Source: Nymphaea colorata
Taxonomy: Eukaryota
Direction of reading: 5' to 3'
Length of the DNA stretch: 64,000 nucleotides
NCBI RefSeq assembly: GCF_008831285.2
Contig: NC_045138.2
Span: 40,734,001 to 40,798,000 of the forward strand
Shown: in pieces, positions 37,610 through 49,620 of the stretch
Numbering within the stretch: position 1 is the stretch's first letter
How the letters are laid out: every line of letters starts with the position of its first letter
Notes under the pieces: model-generated
Database searches by the model: none
What the model was told of the DNA's origin: nothing
Seen by the model: the letters and a program-made list of their open reading frames with translations, nothing else
Made by a program: the position numbers and the translations under genes

Positions 37610-38385
37610 CTTCTTTTTCCTCTTTAGGAATCGAGTAGTTAGATTGATCATCAACAAATGCATCAAAATAGTTCTGAAAGCCTGTTGCTTTAGGAGAAGT
37701 AGACAAGCTACGAACCTTCATCATTTCCATGGCCTGCAATAAGGTTGTCATGTTTAATGAAAAAAAAAAAAAATCAGGAGTCATGGATGATAGAGTTTCA
37801 AACAAGGGGGAACAGTACATGAGAACGAAGTGGTAAGATTTACACGCAAGTGGTACCTGGAATCCAAACATGAACTGCTTTGCCATTTTTCTCACTTGGG
37901 TATTTGGGTGAGATTGAAGCTTCTCGTACATAACTCGAGCCTTGTCAGACCTACCTTACATCTCAAATCTCTATTAAGAAAGAAACTTGGACAAGGCCCA
38001 TAGAAGAAGCAAAATAAGATGCAGAAATCATGAAGTCTGAGTTATCGTATTTAATCATGTGTATCTCACCTACTTTTTTAATGCTTTCTTCCAATGCACT
38101 GTCTTGCCAATAAACCCACAACGTCTATTTGTCTCACATTTTAACAAACTAGTAGGATAAGGTAAAGACGCAAGAAATTGTTCTGAATGTCCTAAAACTT
38201 AAGTCTCAAAGCTTTCTGAAAGAACTAGCATGATATGAAATGTTAGCCACAGATTCTTGCCAAATGCCACTCTGCTATTAAAACATTTGATCTACAAGGA
38301 ATGAAGGGTACAAGGACACAACAAATGGATCAAAGCATTAAGAAATTGTAAATATGCACGTGCATGTTTCACGCACACAGAGATA

Positions 38386-38421
<36 letters not shown>

Positions 38422-41400
38422 CGCAACATATTATCAAAAGTTAATGCTGAAACTTTCGCCAGTCAAAATATCAGAGTTTCAGACCCTGGATAATTCAAAG
38501 GCATACCTACTAAGTGAATCTTGACATATAGACCACTGGAGAGCGGCAAATCCGTGAAGCTCGGTCTGGAAAAAGTAAAACACACATAGTTCAAAATCAC
38601 ATTAGGCAATCTGAGGATTCAAGATGAAATATAACTGCATCAGAAGGTACCACTAATGAATACTGCAACAAAAGAAGCAGAGATCTAAACAGCAAGGTTC
38701 AGGAACATTTACCTGTTCTTGCACAGCCATTCTCATTGTTATCTGGGGCAGTAATTTTTCAAGGATTGCAAAATAATTAGATTCAAGAGATGACAATCTA
38801 TCTAAATTCTTAATACCAGCAAGATTGTGTTCCAGTTTTTTATAATCCAAAGTCCACGGAATAGGAGGCTCACCCAAAAAAAAAAAAGAAGAAAACACTT
38901 TAGCACGAAAACTGAAGGTAAAACATTAGTTATGTGGCCATCTTCTTCTCTATTGGACAATGCTACAAGAATATTATTTGATTTTCCCTACAGCAATAGT
39001 GAACCAACCCAATATTATTTGATTTTATCTCCTCTCCTTGTTGCACAGGTATCACAATAAAAAAATCTATATGAAAATTTCATGCAGAAATTGCTAAACA
39101 AAGTGGTCTGGTTTTTACCAGAAATGCTACTAATTCTTGACAAAGTAAGACTCTTTATTAGGACCATGGGATGGTGGACGACCAAATTATCCAAATTTGA
39201 AGTTTGACCATAAAAAGGGTTTTGCTTTTGGTGTTTTTTTTTCTAAGGGGGGGTGGGGAGGAGGTGTGTGGGGTGGGATGAAGGGGCTTGTAGAGTCGCA
39301 GACTACTAGAACTAGAAAATATAGAAACTATAAGAAACAGTGTGGGTCATCTTATCCCTTTCAACGAACAGTTAAGCCCACCATTTTAAAATAACTCTGA
39401 GGTGGATGACAGCTAAAAGTTTAATTTCAAAAAGTTACTGTTTATGTGCAAGTTTTAAGGCAGCCGATCAAATTGATAGTCCATTCACTATGGATCTCGT
39501 GTGTGTGTGTGTCTATTACACAACACAGACAAACGAGAGAGAAAGATGCAAAAACAATACCACGTTACCAAACCTTGAGTTGGTGGTCTATGCCTAAATA
39601 GAAAATATGAAAAGAGCCAAAAAGCTTCCATGAGTACCTTTTGCAGACTGTGTGATTGCTATAGTACATATGCAGCTAAATGGAGCAATAATAGCAATTA
39701 CTATAGATCATAATGAGTATGTCTGTCAATGTCATATATATCTTTAGTATTTACAGCAACAAACGATAGACATATGATTCATGTCTAATATCATTTCACA
39801 AAATCAAACACATATACCAAAAATTGGATCAACAAATGCACCAATATATGTGTAAATATGAAAATATATACATATATAAATGCATATATTATGTAATACA
39901 CAAATGCACATATATATAACACATATATAATGTACATATATACATACAACACATGCATGCACATACACATACATAAATGTTTAATTCCATGATTGCCCTT
40001 GCCAAAATGGCAATAATAAAATCAAATAGGAAAACATCAACTTAAACCGGTTATGCTGTTAGGGAGAAACAATGAAGGGTTCCAGAAAAAAGATAGGCAG
40101 AACAGAACAATCGGGTTTCCAGAAGTGAAGATGCAGTGGCTGAAATACAATGAAAGTTCTTAAGGGATACCTGAAAGACCAAATTGTTCATTATCCTCTC
40201 GTAATAATTGATGGCTTCTTCAAGCTTTCCACGTTCCATCAAGCTATTCCCATCTTCCAAGGCCTGGAAATAATACAGACAGTTCATAGCCAATATGCTG
40301 ATATCAACTTGAGAGTTGACATACATTTATAGACGATACAGGCATGGCATTTATAGATAGACCAGTGGTAATGCACAGGATGATCTTCATTGCTGATAAA
40401 TAAACAACACATTTTCATGAAAAAACAGGATTCTTCATTTCCAATGGAAACTTAAGACATCAACCCCGAAAGCTGAACCAGGCTACTGTTTGTTTTATAG
40501 GTTACCTTAACCTAAATTATCATTATGCATGCACATGGAAGAGATACAAATCAAAACATAGCATGTGGAGAATGAGCACTGATCATAAAAAGGTCAAGGT
40601 GCTCCACTACCTAGATGGACCAGTATGTAATATAATATATTGCTTTCCTGCTAAACCAAAAAGTATAACGAGTTTGGTGGCTTGACTATAAAAGCCTCCA
40701 TGAACATACAGACCCCAAAACACTCAAAGCCAGCAATACTTAGGTCAGAATATTTTGTAAACTGTTCCTTGGACAAAATTCACCCATAAAAGATTCTTCC
40801 GTCATTGTAATTGCCCAAAGCACTTCATCGTTTGTTATGGCTTGCAAAAGCAAACTCATTTATCATACACTTCATAGTGAACCTGATAGCAACTTGATAT
40901 AAAAGGTGGGGTTGTATTGTTTCAACTTTCAATATAAAGCCTAAAGGTGATCACTACATAATACAAACTCAGAGACCATAGATCACCCATTATCCACTAT
41001 GAGAAAAATAAATTAGTTTGGTCTAGCATAGCCATTGAGAAGAAACAGATTCCAAAATGACCAAGGACATTTACGTAATTAAACAATACAAAGGTTCAAG
41101 TAAGATCCAATATGAAGTCAGAGTTCAAATGAAATGTGAAAGGCTCCATAGAGTCCATACAGACAACATCTTGCAAGCCATCCATACATGCATTAGCAAC
41201 GTGTATCCATATCTGGATGGTACAGGTTCATTCCAGTTCTAATGGACACAGAAAACTTTAAGTTCTCAATTTAGAGGTCTCCCTGCTTGAACAATTCAAA
41301 GAGCCTTAATAGGATCCAAAAAATCTTCAGGTTGCTATTCGAATATACTACAATAGTCCAGTGGATTTAGTCAAATTAATATTAGTATTATAGATAGATA

Positions 41401-43586
41401 GTAAGTAGAAATCTGGGTAAAGTAGGATGCACAGAGCTAACTAAGAAATTTAGACTAAATGACAATATTTTCATTTTCATCTGTCATGCCGTAAACCTAA
41501 TATTTGGTTAAAGAGGAGGTTGGTACTATTCTATGGTTACAAAGTGAAAGAGTATCACTGTACCTTCAAAGGCAAGAAGTTCCAACTGCAAGTATTTAAA
41601 AGATGAAACTGAGGGATAAATTCCTCTCTATCTTAAGAGCATTAAGAATAAAAAATTTAACACAAAAGATGCAAATGGTGCCAAGTCTAGTAGCCACATT
41701 TGAGCACATTAATTGAACATATCAGGCCTCAGTCAAGATCAAAGAAAAAAAAAGATTTCCAACTCTCTTTGCCAACAAACCTTTTCACACTCTAATTTTG
41801 TTTTTGGATCAATATTCAGCCCCATTTTGACTTTATATTCTGAGAGCAATTTGCGTGTTTGTGCTTCTTTTGCGGCTTTATCTTCAGCAGACTCAAGCAC
41901 CTGTCCAGGACGAATGGTTCTTCCTCCACCATACTGCACATAGAAAAGGGAAAGATGGTCAATCAACTGTAAGCAACAATCTGTAAACCAAAATAGGTAA
42001 TTCCTAAACCTGCATATCTGCAAAACTGCAACCCAAGAAGTGCAATCATATCATGAATGCAGCGGGTGGTATGAAATATTAGAGAGGAAATACATAAGTC
42101 ATAGGTAGTCATGGGTGAGAACCAAGAAACAGATTAAAACTAAGATCACTTTGCCGGAAGTTAAGATATTTAAGTTGTATGCTTTGAATTGAGGAAAAAA
42201 ACATGTGCTAGAAAATTAGAGAATCGAGCCTCTAAATTCTGAAGGTTTCAATTGATAAATTCTAAAACAGCATGAATTTCTTTATCTGAGTGATTTTCCG
42301 AATAACAAAGCACAACCATGCAATTACAAGTTCATTTTTTATGTCGTCATCTATAAACATTAATAGGTATTCCAGATGAGCTTATTGGAGGTATAAACGC
42401 AAGGATAAGCTAGAAAATCGACGAAATGCCATATTCAGCGAATCATCAATTTATATTAGTAATATCACATCAAGAAAAAATTACGATAAATTATCATACC
42501 GTTTCTGAAATATTGCTTGGCCTAGGAAAGACACCCCATGTTGAGACCTTAGGCTTGTATAAGTCGGCATTTTCATCTTCCTTGGCTGGAGGCTCTGATC
42601 CTGTTGGAATACCAAACTTGCTTTGATCTCCCACAATTATCTCCACTTCAGGCAATTCTCCTGAAGGAAAGGGATCGTCCACCGGAACCAAACCTGCCGG
42701 AAGCCCCCTGCCGCTCTTCTTATCGGCAAAGTCGAGGCCCAAAAAATCTAGTCGTGATATAGACCCTACCTTCTTATCACTAGAACCCTCCTCAACAGTA
42801 TCTTCCTCCCGTTCTTTCTTCCCGTCGATAGACGCCCCTAATTATAAAATTTTCAGAGTTACGCCAACATAGCTCAGCAGAAACCAACATAGTGCAGACG
42901 TGATAAGAGTTGGTGGCGATCAAAATCGAACCCTAAATTGACATGCAGCTAGTTTTCACGAATTTATGCAACCATTCTGGCATTATAATTTATAGTCCAT
43001 AACCAATGATACCCAAGATTAGCACCTAGATATTGACATGCAGTTCGTCTTCAGGAAAGGCCGTAAAGTATGGACTAACACTACCCACAGTGCAAAAATA
43101 CATATAAGATTCAAAATGAGAGCACAATTATTCTGACACCATACCATTGCGACCACCATTTTCTAGGCCACCCTTCTCTTTCGCGTATTCCCTGGCCTTC
43201 TTCATCGCGATTTTAACAGAGAGAGGGACGTTTCCATCGCCACCTTCGCCAGAACTCGACGATGCGTCCCCGTCATTCTTATTCCCTTGGTTCAAATGAT
43301 TCGAGACCAGATTTTCAGGCACCGTGGAGGTACTCGGGTCGGACCTCTGCGCCTTCACTTTCTTGTACGCCTTAGCTCTCTCAAACGCTCGTTTCACGGG
43401 ATCAGCAGCTTCCGACTCCTCAGAAGAAGAGGAACTCTGTCCATTGTCCGCGGCACTGGCAGAGATAGAAGTGTAGGGTAGCTTGGTTCCCTGGCTCAAA
43501 GAGAAAGAATTGAAGGTTTTGGAAGGGCCGAGCTTCTTGAATGCCGTGGGTGAGAGAGCCCAAGAACCGTTTGGAATCGCGTTCAT
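37518..43586 (-). CDS. Conserved uncharacterised plant protein with TPR-like helical region and C-terminal transmembrane anchor, probably plastid-targeted (resembles Arabidopsis At2g38780 from memory)
   Basis: Seven GT-AG exons keep frame: 43586-43145, 42837-42500, 41933-41781, 40263-40171, 38565-38507, 37950-37857, 37733-37518. The Ser-rich N-terminus resembles a transit peptide. Conserved blocks are GLDFADKKSGRGLPAGL, YKPKVSTWGVFPRPSNIS, GGGRTIRPG, ELHGFAALQWSICQDSL and MYEKLQSHPN, followed by the hydrophobic tail VVPYFIFLLTPIVFLLLIAV. Confidence 0.9.
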
Positions 43587-43834
43587 CTGGATGAAGCTTC
43601 TATCTTCTTCCTCCCTCCCTCCTTTCTTTCTAAGCTGAGGAGCTCGTAGAGCAATCGCTCTCTCTCTCTCTCTCTCTCTCTCTCCACCAGAGAAAAGCCG
43701 AGGGAAAAAAATGATCCCGAGGGAAATTCTGAATGGCGGTCGGCGCGTGAAGTATTTTTCTTTGTTTTTTTCTTTTTCAAATTGAGTTGAAGAAAATCCC
43801 AATTGTTTATCAATATTATCATGCAAGATTTATT

Positions 43835-44096
43835 TAGCTCCGACTCGTTCAAGCTCGTGTTCCTTAATTTATATCTTATGATTAAAATTTTTACATTTTA
43901 TTCAAATAATTTTAAGTTTTTTGTAATTACAAAGATCAGTATTAATATTAAACGAGTTCAATCGGGTTGAGTTCATCTAATTAGAACTCGACTCATTTAC
44001 AAACTTGTATTATCAAAATGAACTCGACTTGTTGAACTTATGAATCGAGTTTAATCGAATCAAGCTCGAACGGGTTTGACTCGTTGAACATCTCTA
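43835..44096. mobile_element. MITE-like remnant (AACTCG/CGAGTT-rich) just upstream of the 7-exon gene
   Basis: Dense GACTCG/GAGTTC/AAGCTCG motifs ending TCGTTGAACATCTCTA, with composition similar to 20652-21003. Confidence 0.4.
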
Positions 44097-44110
44097 CAAA
44101 CCAGTGTTAA

Positions 44111-44367
44111 AAACTATTGTTACACCATAAACTCTTGTTAATGTGGCATGATGCTTTTAGCAATGGTTGCTAAATGTTTGTAAAACTATTGTTAAAAACA
44201 CTGTAAACTATTGTTACATCATAAACCGTTGCAAATGCTTGATGATGCTTTTAGCAACCGTTGCTAAATGTTTGTACAAACCGTCGTTAAAAACACTGTA
44301 AACGGTTGTTACACCATAACTGTTGCTAATGTGGCAGGATGCTTTTAGCAACGGTTACTAAATGTTT
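44111..44367. repeat. ~95-bp tandem repeat, about 2.7 copies, with internally palindromic TTTAGCAAC..TTGCTAAA motif
   Basis: Units start at 44111, 44205 and 44300 (AAAC..TTGTTACA.CATAA...GATGCTTTTAGCAA..GTT.CTAAATGTTT...GTTAAAAACACTGT). Confidence 0.9.
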
Positions 44368-46029
44368 ATCATCAAACAACATTTGAGAGCTAGTTGATTT
44401 TAATTCCTTTTACTACTAAAGGGATCAACTTACTGCTGCTTAGTTACTCTTTTTTATAATTTATAATTAATTTAAATGTAGAGTTGGCATAGTGGAAGGG
44501 TTCGTAAAAATTGGTTCTTAGACCAAATCCGCTACGCTGTTCGTTCGGAGAATCTGTGGATTCCCCTGTTCAGTTGAATCAGTTGCGAATAAAAAATATT
44601 TAAAAATTTAGTTAAAAAATAAATTAAAAATATAGGAAAAGTATAAAAGAGTTTAAAATATTAAGAAATAGTGATAACACATAACACTCTTCAATCTGCC
44701 ACCGTTTTAATTATTTAAAAAGGACGGTTAAAAGCTTGCACATGGGACCCTTGAGTGGGCTACAGAAATGAGTCAATTTACCACCGATTGGATTTGACTC
44801 GACCAATTCAGGCTAATTTTAATCATATTTCTTGAATATAAAGAAAAACAAGCTTACATTTTTCGAAAGGGGCTACTGCTGCCCTCAACAAAGATAGAAA
44901 CTGACCTTCCTTCAACTCTATTAGAAAGAAAATGATTTGTACAGCAATAATATTCATGCATGTACGTCTAAATGGAAAATAAGAATGAAACTAGTAGTTA
45001 TCGTTGTTCTTTTTTCAAATTCAAACTTATAAGCAATTGACAAATTTTGATCCTTGGTTTACTGCAATCGACAAATTCACATCCTTCTTCTATTAATCTA
45101 ATGATAATTGACAGCTTGCCATAGTCATCTGCCTAACCAAATGTATACTTTCGTCATTTAGAAAACGTTTGCATTAGTAAGTATAACACTTCATCAAAGA
45201 AAAGTAGATTTATTCGACACATTAAACTCAAAAAGTAATTTGCTACACATATATAAAAGGTGCGTATGTACTTGTTCATAACAATGCGGCTGGATGAATT
45301 TGTCAATTTCCTACGCATCTAATGAATTTAAGGAAAACCAATCACCATCTTAGAAGTAAGTTTATTTTGTGGATAGTATGAGACTCGCAAATACCTGAAA
45401 TGAATTTCCTAAACATATGTAGCTTTAGTTTCAACTTAAAGATAGGATCGTCTACTCAACCAGCCACGCAGTTCTCATTTAATAGAAGCAGACCTTGTTT
45501 TAAGGTGTCCCATATTTCCTGTTGTTGGGTTGAGGCCCTCCATTATTCGTTTCGGCTTGCTAACATTGCATATACTTTCGACTTACAAAAGAAAAAGAGC
45601 ATGCAAACCGATTCATTAGGGGATGACCAGAACAATAACGCCATCTATTTTGAGAAATGGTCACCAGTTCAACTGCTTGACCTTCCTAACTTCATAGTTC
45701 AATACGAGAAGCCTACAGAACTTGGAAAGTTTTCAAGTGAAATGCTATTTCTATTTTCAAACGTGTGTCACAAGAGTAAAAACTAACGTGGTTAAGCGTT
45801 GGAGTATGTGGACCTTAGGTTGATCAAGGTCGAGATATCAACGCTCAGGGTATCTTTTGGCAGCATAGTCTCATGGAACCTTCCGAACCCATCCTGGCCA
45901 TTTAAAGGTAAAAATATTGAGATTGAAGTTGGGTTTAGCTAATTGATGGGACTGAGTAAAGTATATAGAGTTGGAGTAAGAATTGGATTCAGATTTAGTT
46001 GTCATGTTACACTTGAATTTGAATTGTCC

Positions 46030-46775
46030 AAAAGATGGCTTCTATTTTCTTTTGCTTCGCTTGTTGGCATATTTAGCGGTGGCGAAATCGAGTTGTATTT
46101 GAAGAAGGTTTTTTTTGTCTGATGATGTTTTATTTCACATAGCTGCTTCTATTGACAAGTTCAAAGACTATATGGCCCAACTTCAATTATCCCAACGAAA
46201 AGTTCAAACATTTATTGCATGGATGTCACCTCCCGTGGGTTTTGTTAAGTTGAATGTTGATGCGGCTGCTAAAACAAATTCAGGAGACTTAGCGGTTGGT
46301 GGTTTATTTCGCAATGATAATGGAGAATGATTATTTGGCTTCACTTGACGTGTGGGTTATGGTCATATGACTAAGGCTTAACTTATTGCTATTCTTCATG
46401 GTTTGAAATTTATCTAGAAACTAGTCTGGGAACGTGGCTTTCGTAAAGTTATTGTTGAATCAGATTCCTTGTTAGCTGTGAACAAGGTTCGAACTGCAGC
46501 CTCGTGATCCTTTATTCCAGATTGTGAAGCAATGTCAAGAATTGCTGAGATGAGATTGAGAGTGTATCTTATGTCATACGCACAGAGAAGTTAATATGTG
46601 TCCATATTTTCTTGCCTTATGAGTCTTTCAAAGACCTTTTGGAGTGACCATTCTTACCAATCCACCTGGACATTTGTAGCGATTGATTGAGGAGGATTTG
46701 ATTGGTGTAGCTCGACCTCGTGCTATAATTAGTTAATGTGGTTCTAAACCACTCCTATGTACCAAAAAAAAAAAA
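46030..46775 (+). mobile_element. 5'-truncated, decayed L1-clade LINE 3' end with RNase H (RVT_3-type) domain and poly-A tail
   Basis: Translation gives CWHI*RWRNRVVFE...WMSPPVGFVKLNVDAA...VGGLFRNDNGE*LFGF...KA*LIAILHGL...GFRKVIVESDSLLAV...HTHREVNMCPYFLA...NPPGHL*RLIEEDLIGVARPRAIIS*. The stop ends at 46736, followed by a short UTR and A12 at 46764-46775. There are many in-frame stops. Confidence 0.92.
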
Positions 46776-47829
46776 CTCTTGTTTAGGCTTCAAAAGCGTA
46801 CTTCAAATTTGAAAATCTGTTCATATCTGAATTACCAGATTGTATGAAAATGTATTTCACAACAGCTTGGATCTAAGAGGTTCACCTTATGGGTTTCATG
46901 GTTACTTCGAAGAGGATTGAGGTACATGCTTCCCTTCAAACATATTTCCACCCATTCAAGCACAAATAAAGTAATTTCAAACTTTTACACCTGGTTCAAC
47001 CCTCATTGTCTATGGGTTTTCTGGATTTTCAGTCAATCTACTGGCAAATCCAAAACTTCTACACTTGGATTTGTGCATCCGCGAACATTTTTGGGGCAAT
47101 CAGACATGTCCTTAGAGTCAGAGGTTCTTTACCACAAGATATCTCGCGTTACATCTTTCTGAAAGGATGCATTAGTTTCCTTTCTACGTAATTCAAACCA
47201 TCTCCTCCATTTCCAATAGCTCAGTTCTTATCTGCGTTTTATGCATGTGAATTACATTAAATGTAGGGCAACACATCGCCATGGGCAGCAAAGCCATTGA
47301 CAGTAGATTCTGCTACTTCTTGCAGTTGTTTTCTTGAAACGAGAGTTGGCCCAACAACCATCGAGCCTTATGAGGACAACGCCAAGAAAAAGCTCAGGCA
47401 GCATAATGGTAGGGTTGGAACTTCATCCACAGGGCCTTCAACTTCACAGCCTCTTACGATCTGCACATCACATATGGTCTACACTCTTGCACTAGTTAAA
47501 TTTTACAAGGGACGAGTCACAAAATTTCATTTCGGGTAACTTTTAATCATCCCGTCCATCCTTTCTTTCGGTGGATGCAGTGAGGATGGTGCAAAGACTG
47601 GGAGGGTCCTTCAACCATGTTGTGTTTCTTGCAGTGGCGAACACCAGCTTCTGCAAGTCTTTTGCATCTGCTAAGCTGCCTTGTCACGGCCATAGATGCA
47701 AGTACCCTAGGAATACGCTTTGAAGAATGTTCGTTGAGAGTGACTGCAATATTTGGGTTTGCCAGAACATGCAATATCAGAATCACCATGTTAACAAATG
47801 TTGCAGAGAAATTGATCCATGAGGAGACG

Positions 47830-49620
47830 TTAACTTATCACTTGTACTATCTGGGAACTTAAATTTTCTAATATTTCATAAACCAGTTGTACTTGTGGAT
47901 GAGAATTATCACTTGCAGTGAATGAATGCACACGTCCTCTGACATTGATCCAACTACGTCCAGTCATCTTTTTAGCTCCCTTTCTGTCCATCAGAAGCCT
48001 AGCTTCTAACCCCTCAGTCCATCTTCCTGATCCATAATACATATTTGAAAGAAGCACATAGCTAGAAGAGTTCTGTTTACATGCTAAGGCATGTCCAGCG
48101 ACATTCCTTGCCATTCTTATATTTCCATGCTTTCTGCATGCTCCTAAAAGTGCCGTCCAGATCACACCATCAGGATCGAAAGGCATGGACAGCACGAAGT
48201 CAAAAGCATCTTTGAGCAGCCCTGCACGACCAAAAAGATCAACTATACATGCATAATGTTCTGCTATTGGTTCTATACCATGATCACTGACCATGGACTC
48301 GAAGTAGCGGCAACCCTCTTGAAGGAGACCTCCATGACTGCAAGCACTTAAAAGGGCAACAAACGTTATTTCATTTGGCTTGACGGTCCCCAATTGTTTC
48401 ATCTCCTCAAAAAGTTGCAAGGCCTTCTCAGCCATTCCACACTGGGCATACCCACTTATCATTCCATTCCATGGAACAATATCTTTATTGTTCAGGTCAC
48501 TAAAGAGTTTTAATGCAGAATCCATCTCTCCACATTTTGCATACATGTCGATGATGGCACTCCCTGTGATCACATCCAACTCCATTCCAAAGCTTAGAAC
48601 ATGTCCATGAACTTGTTTGCCCCTGTCAAGTGCAGCCATTCTTGCACAAGCTCCCAAAACGCCCACAAAAATGAATGAATTTGGCTTAATCCCTGATGAT
48701 TCCATTTCGTGGAAGAGCTCAACTGATTTATTCTCAAACCCACTCTGAGCTAACGTCGCCATAAGTATGCTCCATGACACAACATTTCTTTCCCGCATTT
48801 CAGAGAACACTTTCACCAAATCCAAGACACTCTCACACTTGGAATAAAAATGCAACAAACAATTGGACATGAACAAATCCCAAGAGATCCCAAAACGAAT
48901 AGCTAGAGCATGCAATTGAACTGCCTTTCTCGTAGCCAATTGTGCAGCACATACATCAAGCAGACTAGCAAAAGTGTATGCATCCGGCAGCATTCCCTCA
49001 CCAAGCATCTTTTTGAACAAATTGAAAGAAACATCACAACGCCCATTTCTTGAAAACCCCGAAATCAGAGCATTCCAGACAACAATATCTCTAATAGACA
49101 CTTCAACAAACACTTGGTACGCATCTCCCAACCTATCGTAATCAACATACAGCCTCACAAGATTGGCAGCAGTGAAGACGTCATGATCAACCCCAGACTT
49201 AAAAACCAACCCGTGAATCTGTCGACCAACTTCAAAACCGCAAACAGTGAGAATAGTAGAATACGTAAACCGATCCGGACTCAAGCAACTACGCCGCATT
49301 TCAGAGAAGTGGGCAATGGCTTCCGAGCAACAACCATGAACGGCGAAGCAAGAAATGACAGAATTGCGACTGTGGGTGTCGATCTCCGGCATGTTTCGGA
49401 AGAATTGAAGCGCCTCGGAAAGAGACCGGGATTTGACGTAGCCAGAGAGGACGGTATTCCAGGAGACGGCGTTGGAGGCAGGCATAGATAGAAGGAGCCT
49501 GTGGGCGTCCTGCAAGAAACCCGAACTGACGTAGAGCTGAAGAAGGAGGTTGCATCTGAAGATGTGCGCGTGGAGGCCGCCCTTGATGAGGGAGCCATGG
49601 ACTCTCTGCGCCTCCAGCAT
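47830..49620 (-). CDS. Pentatricopeptide repeat protein, PLS class with E/E+ extension and no DYW domain (putative organellar RNA-editing factor)
   Basis: 596-aa intronless ORF with P-L-S triplets (VSWNTVLSGY, VVWNALISGF, IIDMYAKCG, ITFVALLSACSHGGL, HYACIVDLFGRAG) and E1/E2 motifs (IWTALLGACRKHG, YVLLSNMY). It ends with a PG-box-like TGRSWI..HSF..SDNSHP and stops before any HSE/DYW motif. Confidence 0.95.
   Translation of the reverse strand: MLEAQRVHGSLIKGGLHAHIFRCNLLLQLYVSSGFLQDAHRLLLSMPASNAVSWNTVLSGYVKSRSLSEALQFFRNMPEIDTHSRNSVISCFAVHGCCSEAIAHFSEMRRSCLSPDRFTYSTILTVCGFEVGRQIHGLVFKSGVDHDVFTAANLVRLYVDYDRLGDAYQVFVEVSIRDIVVWNALISGFSRNGRCDVSFNLFKKMLGEGMLPDAYTFASLLDVCAAQLATRKAVQLHALAIRFGISWDLFMSNCLLHFYSKCESVLDLVKVFSEMRERNVVSWSILMATLAQSGFENKSVELFHEMESSGIKPNSFIFVGVLGACARMAALDRGKQVHGHVLSFGMELDVITGSAIIDMYAKCGEMDSALKLFSDLNNKDIVPWNGMISGYAQCGMAEKALQLFEEMKQLGTVKPNEITFVALLSACSHGGLLQEGCRYFESMVSDHGIEPIAEHYACIVDLFGRAGLLKDAFDFVLSMPFDPDGVIWTALLGACRKHGNIRMARNVAGHALACKQNSSSYVLLSNMYYGSGRWTEGLEARLLMDRKGAKKMTGRSWINVRGRVHSFTASDNSHPQVQLVYEILENLSSQIVQVIS

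Noticed and set aside
43587..43826. N-terminal extension of the 232-aa ORF (ERERER tract)
   Set aside because: Translates a GA microsatellite and leader/promoter DNA; the ATG at 43586 gives a transit-peptide-like start.
44111..44367. CRISPR-like or other prokaryotic array interpretation of the tandem repeats
   Set aside because: The units repeat in full with no unique spacers, the context is eukaryotic, and there are no cas genes.
47547..47789. 80-aa ORF downstream of the PPR gene as a possible detached DYW domain
   Set aside because: No HxE, CxxC or DYW motifs.
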